Shown piece after piece: positions 1 through 8,631 of a stretch of 32,000 nucleotides of DNA (position 1 is the stretch's first letter; each line of letters starts with the position of its first letter). The notes beneath the pieces were generated by a model. The model saw nothing but the letters and a program-made list of their open reading frames with translations, did no database searches and had not been told where the DNA came from. The position numbers and the translations under genes are program-made. The stretch is taken from the NCBI RefSeq assembly GCF_044465265.1, contig NZ_JBITLP010000001.1, positions 1-32,000 of the forward strand. Reading direction: 5' to 3'. Origin of the DNA: Actinoplanes sp. NPDC049681. GTDB taxonomy: Bacteria > Actinomycetota > Actinomycetes > Mycobacteriales > Micromonosporaceae.

Positions 1-33
1 TTCGTCCTGAGCCAGGATCAAACTCTCCAACAA
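1..33 (-). rRNA. rrs: 16S rRNA, 5' end only; the gene continues leftward out of the window
   Basis: The reverse complement of 1-33 reads TTGTTGGAGAGTTTGATCCTGGCTCAGGACGAA. This contains the universal 16S 5' primer site AGAGTTTGATCCTGGCTCAG. The exact mature 5' end is uncertain by a few nt. Confidence 0.9.
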
Positions 34-143
34 AAACCTTTGTTGTGAATCCATCCCGGCAACAAAAAATGCTGCCAAAGGAATCCCACCAGACACACAA
101 AGCATCTGGCCGGGGTAAATCAAATTGGCACTGGCTTATCAAG

Positions 144-170
144 CACCCTGTTGAGTTCTCAAAGAACAAC
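144..170 (-). promoter_or_regulatory. rrn leader element resembling the actinobacterial BoxA antitermination region
   Basis: The minus strand reads GTTGTTCTTTGAGAACTCAACAGGGTG. It is very similar to the conserved TTGTTTGAGAACTCAATAG leader box I recall upstream of mycobacterial and streptomycete 16S genes, and it lies about 110 nt upstream of the 16S start. Confidence 0.45.
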
Positions 171-227
171 CACACACCGAGAAACTTGCCGCCTCACTCA
201 GCGGCCCGCCCCCGGGGCACTCGTTCA

Positions 228-256
228 ACTTTACTAGGTCCTTCAGGCCCTGTCAA
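228..256 (-). promoter_or_regulatory. Candidate rRNA operon promoter (housekeeping sigma type)
   Basis: The minus strand has TTGACA (256-251), a 17-nt spacer and TAAAGT (233-228), upstream of the 16S leader. A weaker second candidate, TTGGCG-17 nt-TAATGT, lies at about 488-460 on the minus strand. Confidence 0.55.
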
Positions 257-540
257 CCGGTATTTCCCGGTTCGTGCCGTTCGTTCCTAGCGCACCCTTC
301 GTACCGGGCCCGGGGCGGCACTGCACAGGGCAGCATCGCTACGATCCCGAAGTTCGAAGGATTTGGCAGGACGGCCGGTCCGCGGTCTTCCTGGTTACTG
401 GTCTCCCAGTCCCTCAGGCCGTTCCGCTTGCCTCGCCCGTTTCCCTGCCGGCTCGGAAAACATTACCCGAGCGTTCCCGCAGCGCCAAATCGGCCCCCCG
501 TGTGCCGCACCACAGGGGGCTTGAGCTGGGCGAACGGGTG

Positions 541-1395
541 TCAGGGAGTGGCGATGGACAGCACGCCGTCCCGGATACGCGTACGCAACGTCGGCTGATC
601 ACCCGCCGCGGGACCGTGCATGACCACGCCGTCGCGCAACCGGAAGGTGCTTCCGTGCCACGGGCAGACCACACACGCGTCCCGCCCGGAGCCTTCAACC
701 TCTCCCTCTCCCAGGGGACCGCCCTGGTGCCCGCACTGCTCGACCATGGCTGTCACGTCGTCACCCAGGCGGTACAGGAGAACCCGAACGCCGTCGATCG
801 TGCGTACCGTCGGACGGCCTTCCGGGAGCGAAGCGACCTCCCCCACCTCGGCCCAGTCCTCGGGCAGGCGGAACAGCTCCGGGGAGGCGACATTCATGCC
901 GGCGCCCTGCTCGTACGAGAGGTGCCCGCCCAGGTAGGCCCCGCCGCCGGCGACCGACAGACCGGCGTACGCGAGAAGGCGCCCCATCCCGTAACGCCCG
1001 GAGGAGCGGGCGACGAGCGACCCCACATACAGCCCGAGTGCGACGGCGTTGGCCGTCGCGTGCACGAGGCCGACCCGGCGCTGATCCTTGGCCAGCGACG
1101 ACCAGTCGACCCAGCCCGCCGCGATGGCCGGCGCCGTGGCGGCTGTCCCGACCGCGATGAGGGTGGTGGCAGCCTTGCGCTGGCCGGGCAGAGCGTCCAG
1201 GACGGCGGCACTCATGAATGCGCCCACCGGGACCTGGACCAGGACCGGGTGCAGAGGGTGCCCGAGCCAGGTTCCGTGCAGCAGGTCACGCAACCGCTTG
1301 GGCTTGGCGACGCTCTGGACGGCGCCCTGAAGGCGCTCGCTGATCGGGTCCAGGGCCGTGGCCTTCTCGAGCCGGGAGATCATCTGCCGCAACAT
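541..1395 (-). CDS. Membrane DUF2231-like domain fused to a C-terminal Rieske [2Fe-2S] domain
   Basis: The C-terminus carries CGHQGGPL ... CPWHGSTF, the Rieske CxH ... CxxH pattern. The N-terminal half is hydrophobic with LGHPLHPVLVQVP. The start is ambiguous: the ORF is open to 1533, with in-frame ATGs at 1488, 1428 and 1395. I chose 1395 (MLRQMISRLEKATALDP) as it resembles homolog N-termini I recall. Confidence 0.75.
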   Translation of the reverse strand: MLRQMISRLEKATALDPISERLQGAVQSVAKPKRLRDLLHGTWLGHPLHPVLVQVPVGAFMSAAVLDALPGQRKAATTLIAVGTAATAPAIAAGWVDWSSLAKDQRRVGLVHATANAVALGLYVGSLVARSSGRYGMGRLLAYAGLSVAGGGAYLGGHLSYEQGAGMNVASPELFRLPEDWAEVGEVASLPEGRPTVRTIDGVRVLLYRLGDDVTAMVEQCGHQGGPLGEGEVEGSGRDACVVCPWHGSTFRLRDGVVMHGPAAGDQPTLRTRIRDGVLSIATP

Positions 1396-1488
1396 GCGTA
1401 CGAGGTACCCCGGATGCGGCGTCCCCATGCCGGCGCATGAAGCTCGAACCTGACGGGTACTCAGCGGGCCCTCGACACGGGAGGACAT

Positions 1489-2346
1489 ATGGCCGCCACG
1501 ACGCCGGTAGACCGGTTGCGTCCCGGCGATCACGCGTGCTTGACCTTCTCCGATCCGCAGGAGCGGCTTGACATCCTGGCCGCCTTCGCCGCGGCCGGCC
1601 GGGACCGGGGGGACAAGGTGGTGTGCTTCACGGACGCGCTGAGCGTCGACGAGCTCACGGCCGATCTCCTCGAGCGGGGCCTCGACCCGGGACCCGACAT
1701 CAGCGTGGTTCCCGTCGACCGGCTGTGGGGCGGAGTGGCGGCACCGGAGGCGGCCACCATGGTCGAGCTGCTGGCGCGCGAGGTGCGGCAGGCCGAGGCG
1801 GAGGGGCGCAGCGGGCTACGGATCACGGCCGACATGTGCTGGGCGGCGCGGCCGCAGGCCAACGCCGAGCAGCTGCTCGTGTTCGAGTCGGAGATCGGCC
1901 GCCTGTTCGCCGACGGCCGGCTTACCGCCGTCTGTGAGTACGACCGTGAGAGCTTCGACCCGGTGACACTCGGCTACGCGGCACGGGTTCACCGGCGTAC
2001 GGTCGCGGCGACGGTCTACCACGAGGATCCGGTCCTGCGGATCTGCCGCCAGCACGTGCCCCCGGGCGTACGCGTAGCGGGCGAGCTCGACCACACGCGC
2101 GCCGATGTGCTGAGCGACGCCCTCGCCGAAGCCGTACGCCTGGATCCCGACATCCACCTGAACCTGAATCAGCTGCACTTCCTCGACGCGGCCGCCGCGG
2201 CGGTCATCCTGCGCACCGCGGCGAACCTGCCGACCGGCCGCAGGATGGTCGTGGTTTGCGGGGAACCGATCGAGCAGGCCTTGACGACCGCGGGGGCGGC
2301 AGGCGTCCCGGCATTGCGGATGCTGGTTCGCCATGGTGAGCGCTGA
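1489..2346 (+). CDS. MEDS domain protein with a C-terminal STAS-like (anti-sigma antagonist-like) domain
   Basis: The N-terminus GDHACLTFSDPQERLDILAAFAAAGRDRGDKVVCF fits the MEDS signature. The C-terminus LNLNQLHFLDAAAAAVILRTAANL resembles STAS. A GGGAGGA Shine-Dalgarno sequence lies 5 nt upstream of the ATG. Confidence 0.75.
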   Translation: MAATTPVDRLRPGDHACLTFSDPQERLDILAAFAAAGRDRGDKVVCFTDALSVDELTADLLERGLDPGPDISVVPVDRLWGGVAAPEAATMVELLAREVRQAEAEGRSGLRITADMCWAARPQANAEQLLVFESEIGRLFADGRLTAVCEYDRESFDPVTLGYAARVHRRTVAATVYHEDPVLRICRQHVPPGVRVAGELDHTRADVLSDALAEAVRLDPDIHLNLNQLHFLDAAAAAVILRTAANLPTGRRMVVVCGEPIEQALTTAGAAGVPALRMLVRHGER

Positions 2347-2821
2347 CCTGGCGGGCTCGGCCCCGAGCCGCGGCCTTCGGAACAGACCTCCGCGGGTCGC
2401 CTCCCGGGATGTTCGCCGCCCCAAAGCTGATGCGACTCGCATCCTGCTCGACCAGACGTTCGAGCGGACCGGCCTGACCGCCCTCCGCCTGGCAGTGGCC
2501 GCACAGGCCGCCGCCGTGACGGACGAGCAGACCGCCGAGGTGGTGATGCTCATCGCGCACGAGCTCTCCAGCAACTGCGTGCGGCACGGCGGCGGAACGG
2601 GGCGGCTCCGCCTGTGGGTCGCCGCGGGCAGCCTGCATTGCGAGCTCAGCGACAACGGCCCGGGCATCACCGACCCGGGCGACGCGGGCCACCACCTGCC
2701 GACGCCGGCCAACTCCGGTGGGCGCGGCCTGTGGATCGCCCGGAAGATGTCGGATCTGCACATCTCGACCGACGCCTCCGGCACGACGGTGACTGCGGTC
2801 GTCGCCCTCAGCCAGGCTTGA
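2333..2821 (+). CDS. HATPase_c-type anti-sigma regulatory factor (RsbW/SpoIIAB-like Ser kinase)
   Basis: Motifs: HELSSNCVRHGGG (N-box-like), LSDNGPGITDP and GGRGLWIARKMSD (G-boxes). It overlaps the upstream MEDS-STAS gene by 14 nt. Confidence 0.75.
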   Translation: MVSADLAGSAPSRGLRNRPPRVASRDVRRPKADATRILLDQTFERTGLTALRLAVAAQAAAVTDEQTAEVVMLIAHELSSNCVRHGGGTGRLRLWVAAGSLHCELSDNGPGITDPGDAGHHLPTPANSGGRGLWIARKMSDLHISTDASGTTVTAVVALSQA

Positions 2822-2822
2822 C

Positions 2823-4184
2823 TCAAAGCTGCCGCATCGCGTCTCCGATCGCCCGGTGGAACGTCGGGTAGGCCCAGATCGTGGCCTGGAGGGTGGCGAT
2901 CGGCACGGCAGCCTTGACCGCCACCGACAGGGCCCCCAGCACCTCCCCGCCGGACGGGCCGGCGCTGGTCGCCCCGACGAGCACACCGCGGGAACGGTCG
3001 GCGACCACCTTGATGAACCCGTCATTGCCCGGTCCGTGGATGAAACCGCGAGACGACGACGGCAGGCTCGAGAACCCCACCTGCACATCGATGCCCGCGT
3101 CCCGGGCCTGCTTCTCGGTGAGTCCTACGGCGCCGATCTCCGGATCGGTGAAGGTGACCCTGGGCCGCGCGTGGTAATCCGCGGCGGGTCCGCCCTGGCC
3201 GAGGATGTCCCGGACGACCACGTCGGCCTCGTACATGGCCATGTGGGTGAAGGCGCCGTTGCCGGTCACGTCACCGGCGGCCCAGATGTTGTCGCCCGCG
3301 CGCATCCGGTCGTCCGTCGTGAGGAATCGAGCTGCCGGGTCGAGTCCGACGTTCTCGAGTCCCAGGCCGTCGAGCCGGGCGGCGCGGCCGGTGGCGACGA
3401 GCATGCGTTCGCCCGTGACCGTCGAGCCGTCGGAAAGCGTGACCGTGAACAGGTCGCCTGAGTGCTCGACCTGCTGTGCCCGTACCCCGGTATGGGTTTT
3501 GATCCCGTCTTTTGCGAGGGCGGCGGCGACCGTGTCGGAGCTTTCCGGCTCCTCCATCGCGAGGAGGCGGTCGCTGCCTTCGATGATCGTGACGGCGACG
3601 CCGAAACGGGCCATGACCTGGGAGAGTTCCACCCCGATGGCACCCCCGCCGAGAACGACGAGCGTGGCGGGCAGGCTCTCGGTCTCGACGGCCTCACGGT
3701 TCGTCCAGTACGGCGTGCCGGCCAGCCCGGGGATCGGCGGAATCACGGCAGCGGTCCCGGTGGCGATGACGATGCCGCGGCCGGCCACGAATTCCTCATC
3801 GCCCACGCGCACGCGGCCCGGTCCGGTGATCATGGCCCGGCCCCGGACGAACCGGCCGCCCTTGCCGACGAATCGGTCCACAGCGACCTTGTCGTCCCAG
3901 GTGTCGGTCGCCTCCTCGCGGATCCGGCGAGCGACCGGCGACCAGTCGGGTTGGACCTGCGAGGCTCCGGCCAGCCCCGGGATGCGCCTGGCTTCCGCGA
4001 GCGCGTTGCCCGCGCGGATCATCATTTTTGTCGGGATGCATCCCCAGTAGGGGCATTCGCCGCCGACCAGCGTGTGCTCCACGCCGACCACCGACAGGCC
4101 CGCCTCGGCAAGCCGGCCCGCGGCCTCCTCGCCCCCCACGCCGAGCCCGATGACGATCACATCAACCTGCTGTCTCTCAGCCAT
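2823..4184 (-). CDS. Class I pyridine nucleotide-disulfide oxidoreductase (dihydrolipoyl dehydrogenase / mercuric reductase-like family)
   Basis: MAERQQVDVIVIGLGVGGEEAA is a FAD GxGxxG motif. GGECPYWGCIPTK is the redox CxxxxC motif, and VVLGGGAIGVE is the NAD site. The start is placed at the internal ATG at 4184 because the 5' extension of the ORF has no similarity to this fold. Confidence 0.85.
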   Translation of the reverse strand: MAERQQVDVIVIGLGVGGEEAAGRLAEAGLSVVGVEHTLVGGECPYWGCIPTKMMIRAGNALAEARRIPGLAGASQVQPDWSPVARRIREEATDTWDDKVAVDRFVGKGGRFVRGRAMITGPGRVRVGDEEFVAGRGIVIATGTAAVIPPIPGLAGTPYWTNREAVETESLPATLVVLGGGAIGVELSQVMARFGVAVTIIEGSDRLLAMEEPESSDTVAAALAKDGIKTHTGVRAQQVEHSGDLFTVTLSDGSTVTGERMLVATGRAARLDGLGLENVGLDPAARFLTTDDRMRAGDNIWAAGDVTGNGAFTHMAMYEADVVVRDILGQGGPAADYHARPRVTFTDPEIGAVGLTEKQARDAGIDVQVGFSSLPSSSRGFIHGPGNDGFIKVVADRSRGVLVGATSAGPSGGEVLGALSVAVKAAVPIATLQATIWAYPTFHRAIGDAMRQL

Positions 4185-4215
4185 ACGGGTCAGCCTTCCA
4201 CTTTTCGCGGGTACG

Positions 4216-5322
4216 GTGCGCGGCGTGGCTGACGAGCTGTGGATAACTGGGAAGATCGCCCCCGGATACGAGGCGGCGCGCGAGGCGTTCGTGCAGCACC
4301 TGAGCGGTGGATCGGCATTGTGTGTGCTGCGCCACGGCGAGGTGGTCGTGAATCTGGTCGAGGGTTGGCGCGACGCCGGACGCACCCGGCCGTGGGACGC
4401 GAAAACGCTGGTCAACGTCTATTCGGTCGGCAAGCCGATCATCGCCGTGGCGGTCCTGATGCTGGTCGCGCGGGGATTGGTCCGGCTCGACGATCCGGTC
4501 GCCCGGCACTGGCCCGGATTCCGGACGGATGCCTCCGTACGCCAGGTGCTGACCCACACGTCGGGCCTGCCGAGCTTTCCGGTCCCGCGCGATTCGTCCA
4601 CGTGGGCGGACTGGGAGTTGCTCTGCGGCGATCTGGCCGAGGCCGAGCCGGAATGGCCGCCGGGCACGGTGGCAGCGGAGCACGCGCTCACCTACGGACA
4701 TCTTCTCGGCGAGATCGTGCGGCGGGTGACCGGGCGGGAGCCGGGCGCCTTCGTCGCCGAGGAGATAGCGCGGCCCTGGGGCCTCGATCTCTTCTTCGGT
4801 GTGGATCCAGCCGACCTCGCGCGGTGCGCCGACCTGGAGTTCGACCGCCCGGACCGGCCGGAACTCATGCTCGGCGAGCCGGGTTCGGTCCACGCTCGTG
4901 CCGTCTCGAATCCCGCCGGCGCCCGCGACCTCGCGGTCGTCAACAGCGACCGGTGGCGCACCGCCGTGGTGCCGGCCGTGAACCTGCACTCGACCGCCGA
5001 GGGGATCGCGCGCTTTTATGCCGGTCTTCTCGCGGGTGGTGACCTCGACGGCCACCGCCTGCTCAGCCGGTCGCTGGTCGAGGAACTGACCGCCGCCCAG
5101 TTCACCGGTATGGATCGGTTCATCGGTCGCGAGACGACGTGGGGCCTCGGTGTGCAGCTCGAGAGCGACGGCACGTGGGGCATGGGCGGACTCGGCGGCA
5201 ATGCCGGTTGGGCCGATCCCGCACGCGGGCACGCCATCGCCTATGTCACCCGGCAGCTCGGGGACTTCGACCGGGTCAACGCGATCGAGGCCGCGATCTC
5301 GTCGGTCGAACCTCTCAACTAG
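4216..5322 (+). CDS. Serine hydrolase, beta-lactamase/esterase (class C-like) family
   Basis: The SxxK motif YSVGKPI is followed by the typical LTHTSGLP. The start is set at GTG 4216 (alternative 4225). The upstream part of the ORF overlaps the divergent flavoprotein gene. Confidence 0.8.
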   Translation: MRGVADELWITGKIAPGYEAAREAFVQHLSGGSALCVLRHGEVVVNLVEGWRDAGRTRPWDAKTLVNVYSVGKPIIAVAVLMLVARGLVRLDDPVARHWPGFRTDASVRQVLTHTSGLPSFPVPRDSSTWADWELLCGDLAEAEPEWPPGTVAAEHALTYGHLLGEIVRRVTGREPGAFVAEEIARPWGLDLFFGVDPADLARCADLEFDRPDRPELMLGEPGSVHARAVSNPAGARDLAVVNSDRWRTAVVPAVNLHSTAEGIARFYAGLLAGGDLDGHRLLSRSLVEELTAAQFTGMDRFIGRETTWGLGVQLESDGTWGMGGLGGNAGWADPARGHAIAYVTRQLGDFDRVNAIEAAISSVEPLN

Positions 5323-5383
5323 CCCTCGCCGCAACCGATCCTGAACCCCCGCGGAAGAGGAATCACCGAGAAGGGGGGCGGTC

Positions 5384-6244
5384 GTGAGGGGGCGATGGCA
5401 GGCCGGGCTGGTGTCTGTCATCCTCGCGACCGCCGCTCTGGCGCTGCCCGCGGCATCGTCCGCGGGCAGCGCCGGCCTCACCGCCGCGCCCGCCGGCACC
5501 AGGGCGATGTGGCTGTGGGGCGACGACCCCGCCGACGAGGTGGTGGACTGGGCGTCCCGCAAGCACGTGTCGGAGATCTTCGTCTACGTGTCGCCGTCCG
5601 TGCTGACCAACGGTGACCTGGCCCGGCTGCAGGAGATGCACGAGCTGGCCGCTCCACTGAACATCAAGCTGCGCGCGCTCGGCGGCGATCCCACCTGGGT
5701 CACCAACCATGCGGCGGCCCTCGCCTGGCAGCGGGCGGTCGTGTCCACCGGGCTCTTCTCCGGGATCCACGCCGACGTCGAGCCTTACCTCACCCCCGGC
5801 TGGACGTCGAGCCTCCAGTCCACCGAGACGTCCTACTTGAAGCTGCTCGACAAGCTGCGTCTCGGCAGCACGCTGCCGCTCGAGGTCGACGTGCCGTTCT
5901 GGTTCGGCGAATACCGGGTCGGGCGCACGAATCTGGCGGACGAGGTGCTGCGTCGCGTCACCGCCGTGACCGTCATGAGCTACCGCGACACCGGCACCGG
6001 GCCGAACTCCATGCTGGCGATCAGTCAGGACTGGCTGGCGCGTGGCAAGGCGGCGGGCAAGCGGGTGCGTCTCGGGGCGGAGACCGGCCCGTTGGCGGAC
6101 TGCGCCTACTGCACATTTGCCGAGGAAGGCGAGACACGCCTCCAGGAGGCGATGACCGAAGTGGACGCCGCGACGCGTACGACGGCGGCCTTCGCCGGCA
6201 TCGCGGTGCACCACTACAGCGCGTGGCAAGCGCTGCCCGACTGA
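5384..6244 (+). CDS. Secreted protein of unknown function (possible TIM-barrel glycosidase-like fold)
   Basis: GTG start with a GAAGGGGGG Shine-Dalgarno sequence. The N-terminus RWQAGLVSVILATAALALPAASSAGSA looks like a signal peptide. Third-position GC is high throughout. No catalytic motif was recognised. Confidence 0.65.
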   Translation: MRGRWQAGLVSVILATAALALPAASSAGSAGLTAAPAGTRAMWLWGDDPADEVVDWASRKHVSEIFVYVSPSVLTNGDLARLQEMHELAAPLNIKLRALGGDPTWVTNHAAALAWQRAVVSTGLFSGIHADVEPYLTPGWTSSLQSTETSYLKLLDKLRLGSTLPLEVDVPFWFGEYRVGRTNLADEVLRRVTAVTVMSYRDTGTGPNSMLAISQDWLARGKAAGKRVRLGAETGPLADCAYCTFAEEGETRLQEAMTEVDAATRTTAAFAGIAVHHYSAWQALPD

Positions 6245-6278
6245 GGTTTCCGGCCCAGGATCCGGGGGCAGGTTGTCG

Positions 6279-6328
6279 CGGGTCCTGCCGGCCTTCAACG
6301 GACGAACGCAACGGGCCGGCAGGACCCG
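6279..6328. terminator. Large perfect hairpin between convergent genes (bidirectional terminator candidate)
   Basis: CGGGTCCTGCCGGCC (6279-6293) and GGCCGGCAGGACCCG (6314-6328) are perfect reverse complements (15 bp) with a 20-nt loop. The hairpin is nested inside a second 10-bp inverted repeat, TGAGGTTTCC (6242-6251) / GGAAACCTCA (6351-6360). Confidence 0.5.
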
Positions 6329-6357
6329 CTTTCCACCCGGCGAACCGCGTGGAAACC

Positions 6358-7692
6358 TCATGGCCGCAACCAGACCGCTTCGTCGCGGTGCGACTCCAGC
6401 GGCGCCGGATAGTCGAGGCCTGCACGCACCGTATCCGGCAAGCGCCATGGTTGGTGCACGGCCTTGCCGGAGATCGATGTCAATTCCGGTACGTAACGAC
6501 GAACGTACACGCCGTCGGGATCGAAGCGCTCGGCCTGGCGGATCGGATTGAAGCGCCGATACGGCTTGGTGTCGTTCCCGGTGCCCGCCACCCACTGCCA
6601 GTTGCCGGAGTTGTTGGCGACGTCGCCGTCGTTGAGCCAGCGGAAGAACCACTTCACCCCGTCGCGCCAGTCGAGGCCGAGGTGCTTGGTCAGGAACGCG
6701 GCGGTGATCAGGCGCGCCCTGTTGTGCATGTAGCCCTCGGCCCGTAGCTGGCGCATACCGGCGTCGACGACGGGCACGCCGGTGAGTCCGTCCTGCCAGT
6801 GCTGCAGCGCGTCCGCGTCGGCACGCCATTCGCTGTCGCCCGCCGCACGGTAGGCCTCAGTCGAGATCTTCGGGAACGCGTGGGCGACCTGGTAGTAGAA
6901 GTCCCGCCAGCCGAGCTGGCGGAGAAAGGCCGCCGGTCCGGCGCCGTCCAACGCTCGCGCCGCGTTCGCCACGGTCAACGGCGAAAGACAACCGAAGCGA
7001 AGGTACGCACTGAGCCGCGAGGTGCCGTCAGCAGCCATGTCGTCGTGGAGGTCGTCGTACGGCCCGACATGGCGCAGCCAGGTCTTGAGGCGCCGCTGCC
7101 CCTCGGCCTCGCCGCCGTCCAGTGCCGCCGCCGACTCCCCCGCCGGAAGCTCGGGCAAGCGGCCGACGTCGAGCCCCTCCGGCAACGTGATTCTGGTCGG
7201 CGCCGCGACCTCGTCCCGCCACTTCGCCGACTCCCACGCGCGGTAATAGGGCGAGAAGACCCGGTAATGCGCTCCACCACCGCCGGGGCTCACGTCTCCC
7301 GGCGGCACGACCGTGGTGCCCGGGAAGAGTCGGAGCGATATGCGGTGCCCTTCGCATTCCTGAGCCAGGCGGCGCTCCCGGCGCTGCGCGTATCCGCTGA
7401 CGTCCTGCGTGAGCGCAATGCCGTCGGCCTCCACCTCGCGGGCCAGCTTGAGGGTCTCGGCCACCGGGTCGCCCTCGCGGATGACCAGGTCGCCGCCGAG
7501 CCGGCGAAGGCTCGCGGCCAGATCCCCGAGGCTCTGATGCAGGAAGCGTGCGCGGTTGGGAGACAGCGCCAGCAAGTGGGGGTCCAGGACGAAGAGCGGC
7601 ACGATCCGTTCGGCGTTGACACAAGCCGCCGCGAGCGCTGGGTTGTCGTGCACCCGCAGGTCGCGGGTGAAAAGGACGATGACCGTACGCAT
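6358..7692 (-). CDS. phr: Deoxyribodipyrimidine (CPD) photolyase
   Basis: MRTVIVLFTRDLRVHDNPAL is a typical N-terminus. The FAD-binding C-terminal part reads NNSGNWQWVAGTGNDTKPYRRFNPIRQAERFDPDGVYVRRYVPEL. The start ATG at 7692 lies 1 nt after the crtB stop. Confidence 0.9.
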   Translation of the reverse strand: MRTVIVLFTRDLRVHDNPALAAACVNAERIVPLFVLDPHLLALSPNRARFLHQSLGDLAASLRRLGGDLVIREGDPVAETLKLAREVEADGIALTQDVSGYAQRRERRLAQECEGHRISLRLFPGTTVVPPGDVSPGGGGAHYRVFSPYYRAWESAKWRDEVAAPTRITLPEGLDVGRLPELPAGESAAALDGGEAEGQRRLKTWLRHVGPYDDLHDDMAADGTSRLSAYLRFGCLSPLTVANAARALDGAGPAAFLRQLGWRDFYYQVAHAFPKISTEAYRAAGDSEWRADADALQHWQDGLTGVPVVDAGMRQLRAEGYMHNRARLITAAFLTKHLGLDWRDGVKWFFRWLNDGDVANNSGNWQWVAGTGNDTKPYRRFNPIRQAERFDPDGVYVRRYVPELTSISGKAVHQPWRLPDTVRAGLDYPAPLESHRDEAVWLRP

Positions 7693-7693
7693 G

Positions 7694-8599
7694 TCAGCCG
7701 CGCACAAGAGCCGGAACCGGCGTGCCGGCGCGGGTCAACAGGGATTCGAGCGCGACCCGGGCCCGGCGCTGGTTGGGGACGGTCGCGCGACGCATGAAGA
7801 CGTCATAGTCGGCGGCGACCACCTCGTCGAGGATTCCGGCATACAGGCGGTAGGCGGTCCGCATGCAGGCCTGAGAGCCGGGCAGCAGCAAGGGGATGCC
7901 GGGGGCCGCGGCGGCGTAGTGCTCGTCGGCCCGGGCCACCTCGGCGCGGATGAGCGCCTTGATGGCCGGCGTCGACCGGGCGACGGCACGTGCCTGCAGC
8001 AGGTCTTCACGGGTCACGCCGAACTCGGCGAGGTGCGCGTCGGGGAGATAGGTGCGCCCCCGGTCGAGGTCCTCGCCGACGTCTCGGATGAAGTTGGTCA
8101 GCTGGAAGGCGAGCCCGAGCTGACGTGCCGGTTCTCGGGCGGCGGCCGGGTCGCGGGAACCGAGGATCGGCAACATCATCGTGCCGATGACGGCGGCCGA
8201 ACCCTCCATGTAGCCGAGGAGGTCGTCGTAGGTCGCGTACGAGGTGACGGTGAGGTCCATCGCCATGCTGCGCAGGAACGCGTCGAAGTCGTCCACGTCC
8301 AGGTCGAAGACCGCGATCGTGTGGAGGATCGCCGGGAGCAGCGGGTCCTCGACGTGTTCGCCCCGGAGGCCCGCGAGGAAGTGATCGGACCACTCCGTCA
8401 GCCGCTCGGCCCGCTCCGCCGGTGGAAGGTCATCGGTGCGGTCGACGATCTCGTCGGCGTAGCGGGTGAACCCGTAGAGAGCGTGGACATGCCTGCGCTT
8501 CCACGCGGGTAGTAGCCGTGTCGCCAGGTAATAGGTGCGGCCGTGGCGCCGATGCAGCTCGCGGCAGCGTTCGTAGGCCGCTGCCAGATCTGTCTCCAC
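7694..8599 (-). CDS. crtB: Phytoene synthase
   Basis: YERCRELHRRHGRTYYLATRLLP and ALYGFTRYADEIVD (first Asp-rich region), followed by FQLTNFIRDVGEDLDRGRTYLP (second). GTG start with a GGAGG Shine-Dalgarno sequence 5 nt upstream. Confidence 0.9.
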   Translation of the reverse strand: METDLAAAYERCRELHRRHGRTYYLATRLLPAWKRRHVHALYGFTRYADEIVDRTDDLPPAERAERLTEWSDHFLAGLRGEHVEDPLLPAILHTIAVFDLDVDDFDAFLRSMAMDLTVTSYATYDDLLGYMEGSAAVIGTMMLPILGSRDPAAAREPARQLGLAFQLTNFIRDVGEDLDRGRTYLPDAHLAEFGVTREDLLQARAVARSTPAIKALIRAEVARADEHYAAAAPGIPLLLPGSQACMRTAYRLYAGILDEVVAADYDVFMRRATVPNQRRARVALESLLTRAGTPVPALVRG

Positions 8600-8631
8600 C
8601 CGAGCCTCCTGGAAATAAATCGACTCACGAA

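Noticed and set aside
274-1440. 388-aa plus-strand ORF across the rrn upstream region and the Rieske gene
   Set aside because: It is an antisense shadow ORF typical of 70% GC DNA. It has no recognisable motifs and overlaps a motif-supported gene on the other strand.
1816-3088. Long minus-strand ORFs (1816..2826 and 2204..3088) opposite the MEDS and HATPase genes
   Set aside because: Their translations are Arg/Pro/Ala-rich and low in complexity with no domains. The opposite strand carries clear MEDS, STAS and HATPase motifs.
4177-6829. Minus-strand ORFs 4177..5562 (461 aa) and 5363..6829 (488 aa)
   Set aside because: They are shadow ORFs opposite the serine hydrolase, the secreted protein and the photolyase frame. 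Their composition is dominated by R/G/P/A.
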